Origin: a virus
Reading direction: 5' to 3' (one strand)
IMG/VR virus record: IMGVR_UViG_3300029390_000003
DNA length: 64,000 nucleotides
The first letter of the stretch is position 1. Every line of letters begins with the position of its first letter. A program made the position numbers and the translations under genes. Below, in pieces: positions 32,869 to 41,686 of the stretch. The notes beneath the pieces are model-generated. The model searched no databases. It was not told the DNA's origin and saw only the letters and a program-made list of their open reading frames with translations.

Positions 32869-33633
32869 TTAATACTGAATTTTGTTGTTTGGATACAGTT
32901 CATTGAACATATCAAAAACTTTTCTCAGGCCAAGACCTTCCTTACTGGGCACCCAAATTTTCTTCGGGTTCCAATTCTTCCATACACCGTCGTATTCAGG
33001 TGCTATCGCATCATACGCAGGGTTATCCACCCACTGACCACCATTCATACTGTACTCGTACTTCTTAGGATCAAGTTCGGCAAGCGTCAAGAATCTGTTA
33101 TCATTTTTGTTGTGAGCTCCAAATCCGCAGAATGTGCATCCGGTGCGATCACATCCAGTACAACACAGTGGAGCTTCTGGCTTATCACTCGTGGGAACGA
33201 TATCGCCATAAACATCAGCGATTTGAATTCCTGACTGTTTGATGAAAGCGAGTACATCTTGCTCAGTCCAAAAACTCATAGGCTGACTAGACGGCGACTT
33301 GCTATCAAAGGCATTACACCCATGTCGAATCCACGCCTGTTTGCGAACACGGCTTTCATCTGTCAAAGTTCCAATAATTGGTTTCCGCTTAGTTGCCCTT
33401 GCGTACTTCTTCATTGGACTTTTCTTCATTACTGAGCAACAGTAATGAGAAATTGCGAATGGAAGTTCTTGTGTCGCTGGAAGCCATTTCTCTTTGTTGA
33501 ACATCGATTTCGTTCCAGCTTGCATTTCAGCTCCCGGTTCATTTCCAAGTAGAATCGTTCGTCTATTTCCCTGAAATACTCCTGTTTTATCATAAAGCCA
33601 CGGGTTGCTAAAGACACCTCCCGGACTGTTCAT
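32869..33633 (-). CDS. PAPS-reductase-family protein, C-terminal segment (out of frame with the N-terminal segment).
   Basis: GTLTDESRVRKQ (the RxES..R motif that follows a PP-loop) and the Cys cluster CCTGCDRTGCTFCGF are present. This frame is open all the way back to the (CT)n repeat. Confidence 0.65.
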   Translation of the reverse strand: MNSPGGVFSNPWLYDKTGVFQGNRRTILLGNEPGAEMQAGTKSMFNKEKWLPATQELPFAISHYCCSVMKKSPMKKYARATKRKPIIGTLTDESRVRKQAWIRHGCNAFDSKSPSSQPMSFWTEQDVLAFIKQSGIQIADVYGDIVPTSDKPEAPLCCTGCDRTGCTFCGFGAHNKNDNRFLTLAELDPKKYEYSMNGGQWVDNPAYDAIAPEYDGVWKNWNPKKIWVPSKEGLGLRKVFDMFNELYPNNKIQY

Positions 33634-33674
33634 CCTTAAACCCAGAAGTTCCTGTCTTTTCCTGAGAGTTGTTC

Positions 33675-34091
33675 TTAACTCTCTCTCTCTCTCTCTCTCA
33701 TGGTGGCTGCGCCGCTATTTCTGATTCGTCTAGCGTAATAAATCGCTTCTGCCACTTCTTTAGAGATAAGAGGATAACCATATGTAGAGACAACATCACT
33801 AAATCCCATCTTGGGATAAACAAAAACCGCATCCGCATCTCGTGCAAACTTCTGGATAGACGAGTATTCCAACCCCGTGTTACTGAACACAAGCGGAACA
33901 TCTGGAAACAGCTGTTTCGTCAGATGAGCAAGTACAGTAGAATCCTTACCACCAGAAAAACTGACATACACGCCACCGTCGTAGTGCATATACCATTCTT
34001 GGATGCGATTTTGAGTGATCTGAATCTTTCGCTCAAGAGGAAGTGCTTGAAGCTCCTTCAATCTTTGAGCGTCATGAACTGTATTATCCAT
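33675..34091 (-). CDS. PAPS-reductase-family protein, N-terminal PP-loop segment. It ends inside the (CT)10 repeat.
   Basis: VSFSGGKDSTVLAHL...VFSNTGLEY matches the PP-loop ATP-pyrophosphatase pattern of the PAPS reductase family. The ORF terminates as ...MRERERES* inside the dinucleotide repeat. Confidence 0.7.
   Translation of the reverse strand: MDNTVHDAQRLKELQALPLERKIQITQNRIQEWYMHYDGGVYVSFSGGKDSTVLAHLTKQLFPDVPLVFSNTGLEYSSIQKFARDADAVFVYPKMGFSDVVSTYGYPLISKEVAEAIYYARRIRNSGAATMRERERES
33679..33699. repeat. (CT)10 dinucleotide microsatellite inside the PAPS-reductase-like gene.
   Basis: ctctctctctctctctctctc on the + strand. It is read as RERERE in the N-terminal ORF. Confidence 0.95.
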
Positions 34092-34105
34092 TTACCAACC
34101 TCTTT

Positions 34106-34798
34106 TTATATTTCATCGAGAATTGCATTTATATCAATTTCATTCTCGTTTTTACTCTGTTTCGGTGCTGTTTTCATCCGTTTCAGTACCGTTTCAGTCA
34201 GATTATCCTTCGTTTTTCCTTCGCTTTCGCTGCGAATCGAAGCTAGTCTTTCTTTTCGTTCAAGATAACTGGGATATTGAGCCAACAAAACAGCCAAGTC
34301 GTAATTCCATCGCTGACTCATATCACAACCCTTTGCTTCTTTCTCGGCAATTACTTTATCCAATCGGGGTTTCGCTAGAACCCACATATCGTAGAGTTCT
34401 AGCGGAGGAATAGAACCTCTATATTTGTAATAATTACCGGAAATTAACTGCGTAAGTTTCGAGTAGAAGCTACCCGGAACAACCGCCGGGGCGTATATAT
34501 CTCGAATATGGTCGAAAAGAATCTTTTTCTCTTCCTGTTTGATATGTGCAAGCTCACGATTGTGGTCTTGCTCTCTCTTTTTGGAAAGAAGATCATCGAC
34601 CTTTTTATCCGTAGTGTCATTCACTTTGTCAAAAAATGCCCTTAGCAGGTCATCTGTCCAAGGGCGTTTTTGATTTTTCTTTTTTTCTACAAAACAATCC
34701 TTATGATAAAAACCAGTCTTGTCGTAGAAAAACGTGCTACGGTCTCGCTCGATGAAAATGTTCTTCCCGCAAATCTTGCATTTACGGGTTAATTCCAT
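34106..34798 (-). CDS. Hypothetical protein with an N-terminal zinc finger.
   Basis: CKICGKN...HKDCF at the N-terminus, followed by a Lys/Glu-rich central region. Confidence 0.3.
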   Translation of the reverse strand: MELTRKCKICGKNIFIERDRSTFFYDKTGFYHKDCFVEKKKNQKRPWTDDLLRAFFDKVNDTTDKKVDDLLSKKREQDHNRELAHIKQEEKKILFDHIRDIYAPAVVPGSFYSKLTQLISGNYYKYRGSIPPLELYDMWVLAKPRLDKVIAEKEAKGCDMSQRWNYDLAVLLAQYPSYLERKERLASIRSESEGKTKDNLTETVLKRMKTAPKQSKNENEIDINAILDEI

Positions 34799-35946
34799 TA
34801 AGCCAGTTCCTTCTCCATGACTGCGGCAACCTTCTTCAGTTCCTCAATATCAGTCATAGAACGGAATGCGGTAGACAGGCCAGCCGCCTTAACAGCCTTC
34901 TGTGCGGCACTCTTCTTCATAGGAGAAGCGGAAGCAATCAGGTCATTCAGCTTTGCCTTGATGTCATCCATAGAAGGCTCTTTACTATCAGAACTCTTAT
35001 CTGCCGGAACATCACCCGGCTCATCGTTTTCGATACCAAGGTCACGCATACTCAGCTTAACCTCAGTCTTAACAGCATCGTTTAAGCCGTTTTTGATGAC
35101 GTTCTCCCGATTCTTTGCGCTACTAGAGATAATATCCTGATACTCAAGCAGGGTCAGATCCTCAACGACCTCACCGCCCTTATGCATACCGGTACGATCC
35201 TTATCGAAGAAAGCGAGCTGCTGACCATCCTGAAAATACAGGCGGAACTCAGTATCAACGTTGTACTCCTGACCAGCAAACCCATCAGGAATCTTACGAC
35301 CAGTAGGCTCACTTACGATAGAACCATTCACAACCTTAGTATGCTTCTCGTCCTTCTCTCGGCAAACAACGATGTAGTTCACACCAGATGCATTCAGATC
35401 CAAAATCAGAGACTGACCCTTGAAGTTCAGGGTATTGAAATCCTTGAGCTCCATGCCAGCACCCTCAATCTTAACTGCCTTTTCATCACCGGTCAGACCC
35501 TGAGATGCAGCCTTAACCTTGGCACGCTTCTGCGAGAAGGCGGTGAGGCCCTGGGTAGCAGTCATCTTGAGGATGGAAGCGGAGTCAACAACCAGAGCGT
35601 CTGCACGGAACGGCTTGCCATCTGCATCCAGATAAACATCCCCATTCTCATCTTCAATGTCCTCATCGTTGGTAACCATCTTGATATAATCCTGAACTTC
35701 TGCCAGAGACTGGGTGTAAACAATCAGCAGATTATCAGGATTCACACCATTGGCTTCCAGCTCCTCGGTGTAATTATCAATAGAACCATTCTCGGTATCC
35801 AAATACAGAACACGGAACGGCTTACCGTCTGCATTCTTCAGATAGCACAGCTGCATAGCAGTACGAGACTTACCAGTTCCCTGTTCACCATAAATCAGCA
35901 TATGAAGCTTCTTACGAACAGCAGATGCCTTACGAATCATAGCCAT
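34798..35946 (-). CDS. RecA-fold ATPase, AAA_24/Sak4-like.
   Basis: A Walker A motif (IYGEQGTGKS) is followed by VLYLDTEN, a pattern typical of phage AAA_24 / Sak4 annealing ATPases. An SSB-like gene follows it. Confidence 0.5.
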   Translation of the reverse strand: MAMIRKASAVRKKLHMLIYGEQGTGKSRTAMQLCYLKNADGKPFRVLYLDTENGSIDNYTEELEANGVNPDNLLIVYTQSLAEVQDYIKMVTNDEDIEDENGDVYLDADGKPFRADALVVDSASILKMTATQGLTAFSQKRAKVKAASQGLTGDEKAVKIEGAGMELKDFNTLNFKGQSLILDLNASGVNYIVVCREKDEKHTKVVNGSIVSEPTGRKIPDGFAGQEYNVDTEFRLYFQDGQQLAFFDKDRTGMHKGGEVVEDLTLLEYQDIISSSAKNRENVIKNGLNDAVKTEVKLSMRDLGIENDEPGDVPADKSSDSKEPSMDDIKAKLNDLIASASPMKKSAAQKAVKAAGLSTAFRSMTDIEELKKVAAVMEKELA

Positions 35947-36035
35947 ATATGTAAATTCCTCCGTTTTATCAAAATTATTTATCGCACCTACGATATTTAT
36001 TTTGGCGTAAATACGATAAATCTTTTCTTTTATAA

Positions 36036-36053
36036 GTATCCTGTGTTACTTAG
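36036..36053 (-). promoter_or_regulatory. 18-bp motif, copy d, about 90 nt upstream of the Sak4-like ATPase.
   Basis: GTATCCTGTGTTACTTAG. Confidence 0.5.
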
Positions 36054-36066
36054 CTAAGGCTAAAAA

Positions 36067-37170
36067 TTACAGTCCCCAGTCATCTTCTTCCTCGTTTACA
36101 GGAGTTGCAGTAGACTTGTTAGAACCACCCCACCAAGAAGTGTCGTTCTCAGCAGCCTTGCCGTCGAAGTCCTTCTTAGCCTGAGCGTTGGCAGCAATCT
36201 TTGCCCGCGCCTCAGAGATATTATCCTCAGTATAAGTTGGCTCCGCATCCTTGTCGCCGGGATTCGGATCAAAAGAATCAGGATTAACACCCTCGATATA
36301 CAACTTACGAACTGCCGGAGTGCTCTGACGCTTCATCTTATTAGGACCACCCCAGATATTCTCAGTCTCAACTTCCTCAACCTTCTGCTGATTGACGATA
36401 GGACCAAAACACTCGAAGCTGGTATAGGGCTTCAAACGCTTACGAATAGAATCAGCCAGAACCTTATTCTGAGCGTTTGCCTTATAATCAATGAAGAATT
36501 CTGCGTCCTCGATGGTGTTGTAGTTCACAATCTTGGCATCGACAACTACTTCATCGTCCTCATCGCTCTTACGGCAACCAGTGTACACAATAGTCTGAGT
36601 GAACAGAGCCAGCTCTTCAAAGCCCTCCGTATCAAAGTCGATTTCCTTAGAGCTCAGAGAAACCTGAGTAGGAACAAAGCGAATCTGGTGCTTGCCGTTG
36701 TAAGTGCTGTACTCGATGTTACCACGGACATACACGTTATCACCGTCATGCAGGTTATCGGAAATCTCCTTGGCTGCATCAAAGTCAGTCAGAGTCTTGT
36801 TATCATTGACGACCTTACCAGACTCATTCGTCTTCTTGGTAACACCGACCTTAACGCCAATCATGTCGTAGCCTTCCGGTGCAACATAAGTCAAACGATC
36901 CTTCCAAGCGACTTCCTTCTTATCCTTTTCGATGCCCTTGTCCTTATCGGCACGGCGGAAGAAGTAAACCTTATCACGAGGCATACCAGCCAGATCAACA
37001 TAGAAAGTGTTTTCATTGGAAGTCTGAACGCCAAAACTCAGGACACGGCGCATAGCACCACTCTTAGTCTCCTTCTCGTTATAGAAGTTACTACGCTGGG
37101 TGCCGGTGACCTTACCAGCCATCTCAAAAGAACCACGGGTCTGAGGAAGATTAAAAATTCTATCTGCCAT
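36067..37170 (-). CDS. Putative single-strand DNA-binding protein (atypical).
   Basis: It has a Gly/Asn-rich tail ending in acidic EEEDDWGL, as in SSB C-termini. Its position next to a Sak4-like ATPase fits. There is no strong motif. Confidence 0.35.
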   Translation of the reverse strand: MADRIFNLPQTRGSFEMAGKVTGTQRSNFYNEKETKSGAMRRVLSFGVQTSNENTFYVDLAGMPRDKVYFFRRADKDKGIEKDKKEVAWKDRLTYVAPEGYDMIGVKVGVTKKTNESGKVVNDNKTLTDFDAAKEISDNLHDGDNVYVRGNIEYSTYNGKHQIRFVPTQVSLSSKEIDFDTEGFEELALFTQTIVYTGCRKSDEDDEVVVDAKIVNYNTIEDAEFFIDYKANAQNKVLADSIRKRLKPYTSFECFGPIVNQQKVEEVETENIWGGPNKMKRQSTPAVRKLYIEGVNPDSFDPNPGDKDAEPTYTEDNISEARAKIAANAQAKKDFDGKAAENDTSWWGGSNKSTATPVNEEEDDWGL

Positions 37171-38744
37171 ATCAAGTCTCCTTTATGTAATTTTGTCTCA
37201 TTGATAATCACTTATGTTTCCTGTTATCGTCTTAAATCAATTCATGCACTATTCATTTTATGTATTATCCTCCGTCTGGCTTATTGATGGCTTATATTTC
37301 ATACGGCACTCGCCGTTAGAAATCGTCCTTTAAGGGATTATGTACAAACATTGCGCCGAGCACTACTGGGAGCCGTTCTGAACACTCAGGACACAAATCA
37401 AAACTCAAAAGCGAACCGTCAAGTTGGCTACCATAAGAGTATTGATGCTCAAAACTGATTCCCTGCTCGCTACCTATCGGCTTGATTTCACGACCACACC
37501 AGTTACATATTTTCTTACATGTGTTCATACGGCATCACCCCATTTTTAATATTCTCTATCACGGAACATCTTAGATTGAGCACGAGTCAATCTGTTGTTC
37601 CGACCATACTTAGGTCTGAATGCGGACTGCAGCTTGTTGTTTGCGTATTCGAGGTCACTCTCCAGAATCTTAGCAGCTTCTTCAATGTAATCTCGAATGG
37701 CACAATACTGATCGCTGTTGATACAATGCATCTTTAGATAATCAAGCATATCGATGGCCTGATTTTTCAAAAGAAGCGTATCTTCAAGCTGTGTCTTGCG
37801 CCGTTGGAAGAAATCTATATTCAACCCTGCACCTCCCCATTCTGCAGTCTTTCAAGCGTGGGACGAATCGTTCTCTCATAATGCCTTACAAATCGCCAAT
37901 CAAGTAATTGTCCGCAACGTGGACAGAAGTTATCAAGATTTGATAGTGTGTAATAACAAACCGGGCACTCATAACGTTTATAAACGTCATCGAGAAGAGG
38001 CTCTTTGTAATCTGTTCTAAACTCATAAAGTTCAGCTTTTGAAAGAATAATTTCGAGAGCCTTTGTTAAATGCTCACGAGGGCACCACTGGCCTCCTTCT
38101 TTACCAAGACGAATTTGTTTCTCTACAATTTCCTTCGCTTGGTCAAAAGTCATGTTCTCAATCTCTTTTTTCTTTGCGTGCATCCAATCTTTCATAACAC
38201 ACCACTTTCAGCAAATGCATAATTGTGCTTTGCATTCTTATCCATCCACACACCCCAATCAATTTTATGTTGACACTCTGGACATTTCGGTTCAAGCTTC
38301 TCCAGCTTCGTTACACAGAACGGACAAAGATATGTACTCTTTTCCTTCTGGAAGATAGGACTTGCCGGAAGGCTCAAAGAACCAGGGTCTATGGTTGCAT
38401 TGATAGGACTTTTGCTGTTCATCGTGTCACCTCTTATTTGAATTAGCCTTTTATGAGATTTTCTTATTACGGAATATGAGTTGCTTTGTCAACGGGCTTT
38501 TCCATTTCCTTCATAATCCGCTTGTGTTCTTCGATTGTCATGTTGTTCGGGAAGAAACACCTGTCAACCATTTCAAACGGCTTAATATAATGGTCAAGAA
38601 CATCTCGTGCTTCTTTTCGTGCCTTTTCAGCACACATCTCGATATATTCTTCTTCGGTCATGTTGTAATCGGTGACACAATCGACCACCGAAGAAAACCG
38701 ACACAGCAAACCGTTAGGCTGTCTTGCAATAAAAGCTCCCATTT

Positions 38745-40221
38745 TTATCCTCTTTGCTTTTCTGGAAAATGCTTCTTAGTTACTGCAACGCAAAAGCTAT
38801 CAATTTCTGACCCCCAAATGGCAGTACCTTCACCATATGTGCTTTGAAATACTAACGGAAAGCCGCCGATCCCATCGAAGAGGCTACCAAGAGTAGGATT
38901 CTCACCGATATACGGTTTCATCTTCTGAAAAATCCAATACCATTGCGGTAATGCGATTGAATTGCCGAGTGCCTTATAACGAACTGCGTCAGAAGTTTTA
39001 TGCTTCTTTTCGTTCTCATCAATCCAGTCACCGATATCTGTCCATCCATCAGGGAACCCCTGAAGCCGTTCATCCTCCAAAGGAGTCAAACGGCGAACAA
39101 TCCATCGTAGATTCTTCGTTTCTTTTTCTGTAATCAGGTCAGTAGCGTCCTTGTAATCACGAGATTTCATCGTACTAGCCTGTTCACTTTCCTTGTATTC
39201 ACCAATGCGTTGCATCGCAAAGGCTTTCTTCTCAATGACCAGTGGCATATTATTGCCACCAGTTCCCCACTGAGCAGTACAAGTCGGACTTGTATCACTC
39301 AGCTGAGTGTATCGAGCGTCTTGACTGTGGCTCTCAAACACCACCGGCGAAATCTTTTGTTTTAAATTATGTAAAGAGGGATTTTCTGCCAAGCAAATCA
39401 GCGTCTGGTCTTGTAACGTAGAAATCGTTGCGCTCAATTCAGTTTGAACCAGAGCGCCTTTACCGCCACCTTCACATCCAGAACGGATTTTTAGAGTGTA
39501 GGCTGCAGGTTCTGTGCATCGAGTCGAAGTCTCTCGATGGTCTGACTCCAATACTCGTCCAATTCCTTCTCTTCCAGACCTTCTTGTTCCTTCACTTTCT
39601 GCACCACCTGTGACAGAGTTCCTGGATTCCACCATTCGATCATATCCAGCAACGCTTGCTTCAGGAGTTCGGGCAAAGGTTTTCCACGCCGGGATGCTCT
39701 CACAAGAATCCCCTGACATGCTCGTGCGCTCAAATAGAATTTCTGAGGCACGTTGTCCTCCAAAATCCATGACAAGCGCGATTCTCTGGCGACGCTGGGC
39801 GACTCCCCAGTATTTAGCGTCGAACAATCTCCATGCAATAGACCATCCATTACCGGAAATCGCTCCAGATTTTGCCCACTTTCCGTTCTTCCCTGAAGGT
39901 CGAGGAATTGAAACGTCTGGCTCGACAATGCGTGCAAATCTTTCCAACACACATCTGAAGTCTTCACCTTTGCTTGAGCTGAAAGCTCCTCTGACATTTT
40001 CCCAGATTGCGAATTTTGGATATTCTCCATTAGTGGCCTCCCTCATTTCTGTAATCACACGAATCATTTCAAGGAACAATCCAGAGCGTTCACCAGCCAA
40101 ACCTTCACGTTTACCGGCCTGACTCAAATCTTGGCATGGACTGCCTCCTGTGATACAGGAAACCGGTTCAATCTGCCACCCATGAAGTTGTGTAATATCT
40201 CCGTAATGCTTCAGTTTTCAT
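38745..40221 (-). CDS. DNA (cytosine-5)-methyltransferase with circularly permuted motif order.
   Basis: From N to C the motifs run GGSPCQ (IV), ENV (VI), QRRQR (VIII), a roughly 200-aa variable region, RRLTPLEDERLQGFPDGWT and GNSIALP (IX/X), then FDGIGGF (I) and SEID (II) at the very C-terminus. The ATG at 40221 is 1 nt out of frame (A4 run). A CTG 8 nt downstream of AGGAGG is in frame. Confidence 0.75.
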
Positions 40222-40232
40222 TCCTCCTTTTC

Positions 40233-40250
40233 GTATCCTGTATTATATAG
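40233..40250 (-). promoter_or_regulatory. 18-bp motif, copy e, 12 nt upstream of the methyltransferase ATG.
   Basis: GTATCCTGTATTATATAG. On the gene strand, CTATATAATACAGGATAC gaaAAGGAGGaATG. Confidence 0.6.
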
Positions 40251-40347
40251 CTAAAACTCAGAAAATGAGCGAAAAAATAATAGACGTATCAACGTCATGT
40301 TATTTCGTCGCCTATAAAACAAAAGTTCTAGCAGGTTTTATGTACGC

Positions 40348-40424
40348 CCTATCGGGCTGGTGGGACAGGAGAGATTCGAACTCCCGACCAAGCGGTTATG
40401 AGCCGCCAGCTCTGACCAACTGAG
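40348..40424 (-). tRNA. tRNA-Met (anticodon CAT); could be a lysidine-modified tRNA-Ile instead.
   Basis: The cloverleaf was folded by hand. The acceptor stem is GGGATAG/CTGTCCC, the D-stem GCTC/GAGC, the anticodon loop CTCATAA and the T-loop TTCGAAT. CCA is encoded. Confidence 0.8.
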
Positions 40425-40661
40425 CTACTATCCCATGCAAACGCCGACTTTCGTCGGCGCGATGCCAGCGGAGGAATCGAACCTCATCTCTCGGTGTTTC
40501 CGAGCGCTTTTACCATTAAGCTATCCAGCCGTATACCTCAGAATTTAATTCTCACTATCCAAGCTACGTCGCGTTCCAATATGATCACTCTTGGCAACCA
40601 TGTCGTAACATATAGGTTCCTTTCGGCTCTGAGTAACCGGTGCAGCGTAAGGGGCTGCGTG

Positions 40662-40737
40662 TGGAGCGACTGACGGGGGACGATCCCGCAACATTCAGAT
40701 TGGAAATCTGACGCTCTGCCAATTGAACTACAGTCGC
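40662..40737 (-). tRNA. tRNA-Gly (TCC).
   Basis: The acceptor stem is GCGACTG/CAGTCGC, the anticodon stem TCAGA/TCTGA and the loop TTTCCAA. The T-loop is atypical. CCA is encoded. Confidence 0.7.
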
Positions 40738-41094
40738 ATAAGAACCAACCTAGCAACTGGCATCACTAGGCTGGGATGCTCGGCTTGCAAAGGCACGCTG
40801 CACTCTTTCGAGCGAGCCGAGAATAACGTACATGGATAATTTCGTTAGCCCCTTTCTGGGTGGTATCTTGCACAGGCGCGGCCGGATCTGACCGCTAAAG
40901 ATCCTACCCATACAAGATTGGAGCAGCGAAAGGTAGTCGAAACCTCATCCTCAGCTTGGAAGGCTGATGTACTAGCCGTTGTACGACCGCTGCATGAAAA
41001 CCCAGCTTACAAAGCACTACTGCACCATCACTGGCGAGCTGGGAATAATAGTGGTCAAAGGAGTTCAACCATGAACAACAACGATTCATGACCG

Positions 41095-41176
<82 letters not shown>

Positions 41177-41181
41177 ATAAA

Positions 41182-41252
41182 TTGCGCCAACAGGGGTCGA
41201 ACCTGTGATGGAGGAGTCAAAGTCCTCTGCCTTACCGCTTGGCGATGGCGCA
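41182..41252 (-). tRNA. tRNA-Gln (TTG).
   Basis: It has a U1:A72 acceptor pair as in bacterial tRNA-Gln. The anticodon stem is GAGGA/TCCTC, the loop CTTTGAC, and the T-arm ACAGG-TTCGACC-CCTGT. Confidence 0.8.
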
Positions 41253-41320
41253 TCATATACCCAGCTTACTGGAGAAGCATCCTACTGCCTTACTGCTAAG
41301 GAGCTGGGAATAATAGGAAT

Positions 41321-41396
41321 TGGTCTGAGCGACAAGATTTGAACTTGCGGTCCCCTGTTCCCAAAACAGGTGCGATGCCAACTTCGCTACGCCCAG
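41321..41396 (-). tRNA. tRNA-Pro (TGG).
   Basis: It has a C1:G72 pair as in bacterial tRNA-Pro. The anticodon stem is CCTGT/ACAGG and the loop TTTGGGA. CCA is encoded. Confidence 0.8.
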
Positions 41397-41403
41397 ATAT
41401 AAA

Positions 41404-41486
41404 TGCGCCCGGCGGGACTTGAACCCGCACGCCATCTCTGGCAGAAGATCTTAAGTCTCCTGTGTCTGCGATTCCACCACGGGCGC
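41404..41486 (-). tRNA. tRNA-Leu (TAA), type II.
   Basis: The acceptor stem is GCGCCCG/CGGGCGC and the anticodon loop CTTAAGA. The variable arm forms a hairpin (GCC-AGAGAT-GGC). The T-arm is GCGGG-TTCAAGT-CCCGC. Confidence 0.75.
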
Positions 41487-41686
41487 ATATAAAAGAAGAT
41501 CAGAAACAGCCAACCATTCGTTTTACATTCTAGTTTTCTGGCGAACCGAAGAGTATTTATCCGATAGCTAGTCGGCTTACACCTTATTTCTCTTCTTGTC
41601 TGGCTTGACGTCCTTTACCGGTATGACGTCTTTCCGGTCGCCAATGTACGGCCAATCCCCGAACGAGCTAGAACAACTGATCTTCA

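Noticed and set aside
33698-33901. A 67-aa minus-strand ORF inside the PAPS-reductase N-terminal segment.
   Set aside because: It is an alternative frame of a region already explained by the PP-loop domain.
35182-36057. A 291-aa + strand ORF.
   Set aside because: It is antisense to the well-supported Sak4-like ATPase gene. Its composition is low-complexity and Leu/Ile-rich, it has no ribosome-binding site, and there is no + strand gene context anywhere in the window.
38745-40127. Reading the methyltransferase as an N-terminally truncated pseudogene.
   Set aside because: Motif IV is preceded by only about 8 residues, a strong ribosome-binding site and the conserved upstream motif. The missing motifs I and II are present at the C-terminus. 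The gene therefore looks permuted rather than truncated, although two tandem degraded methyltransferases cannot be fully excluded.
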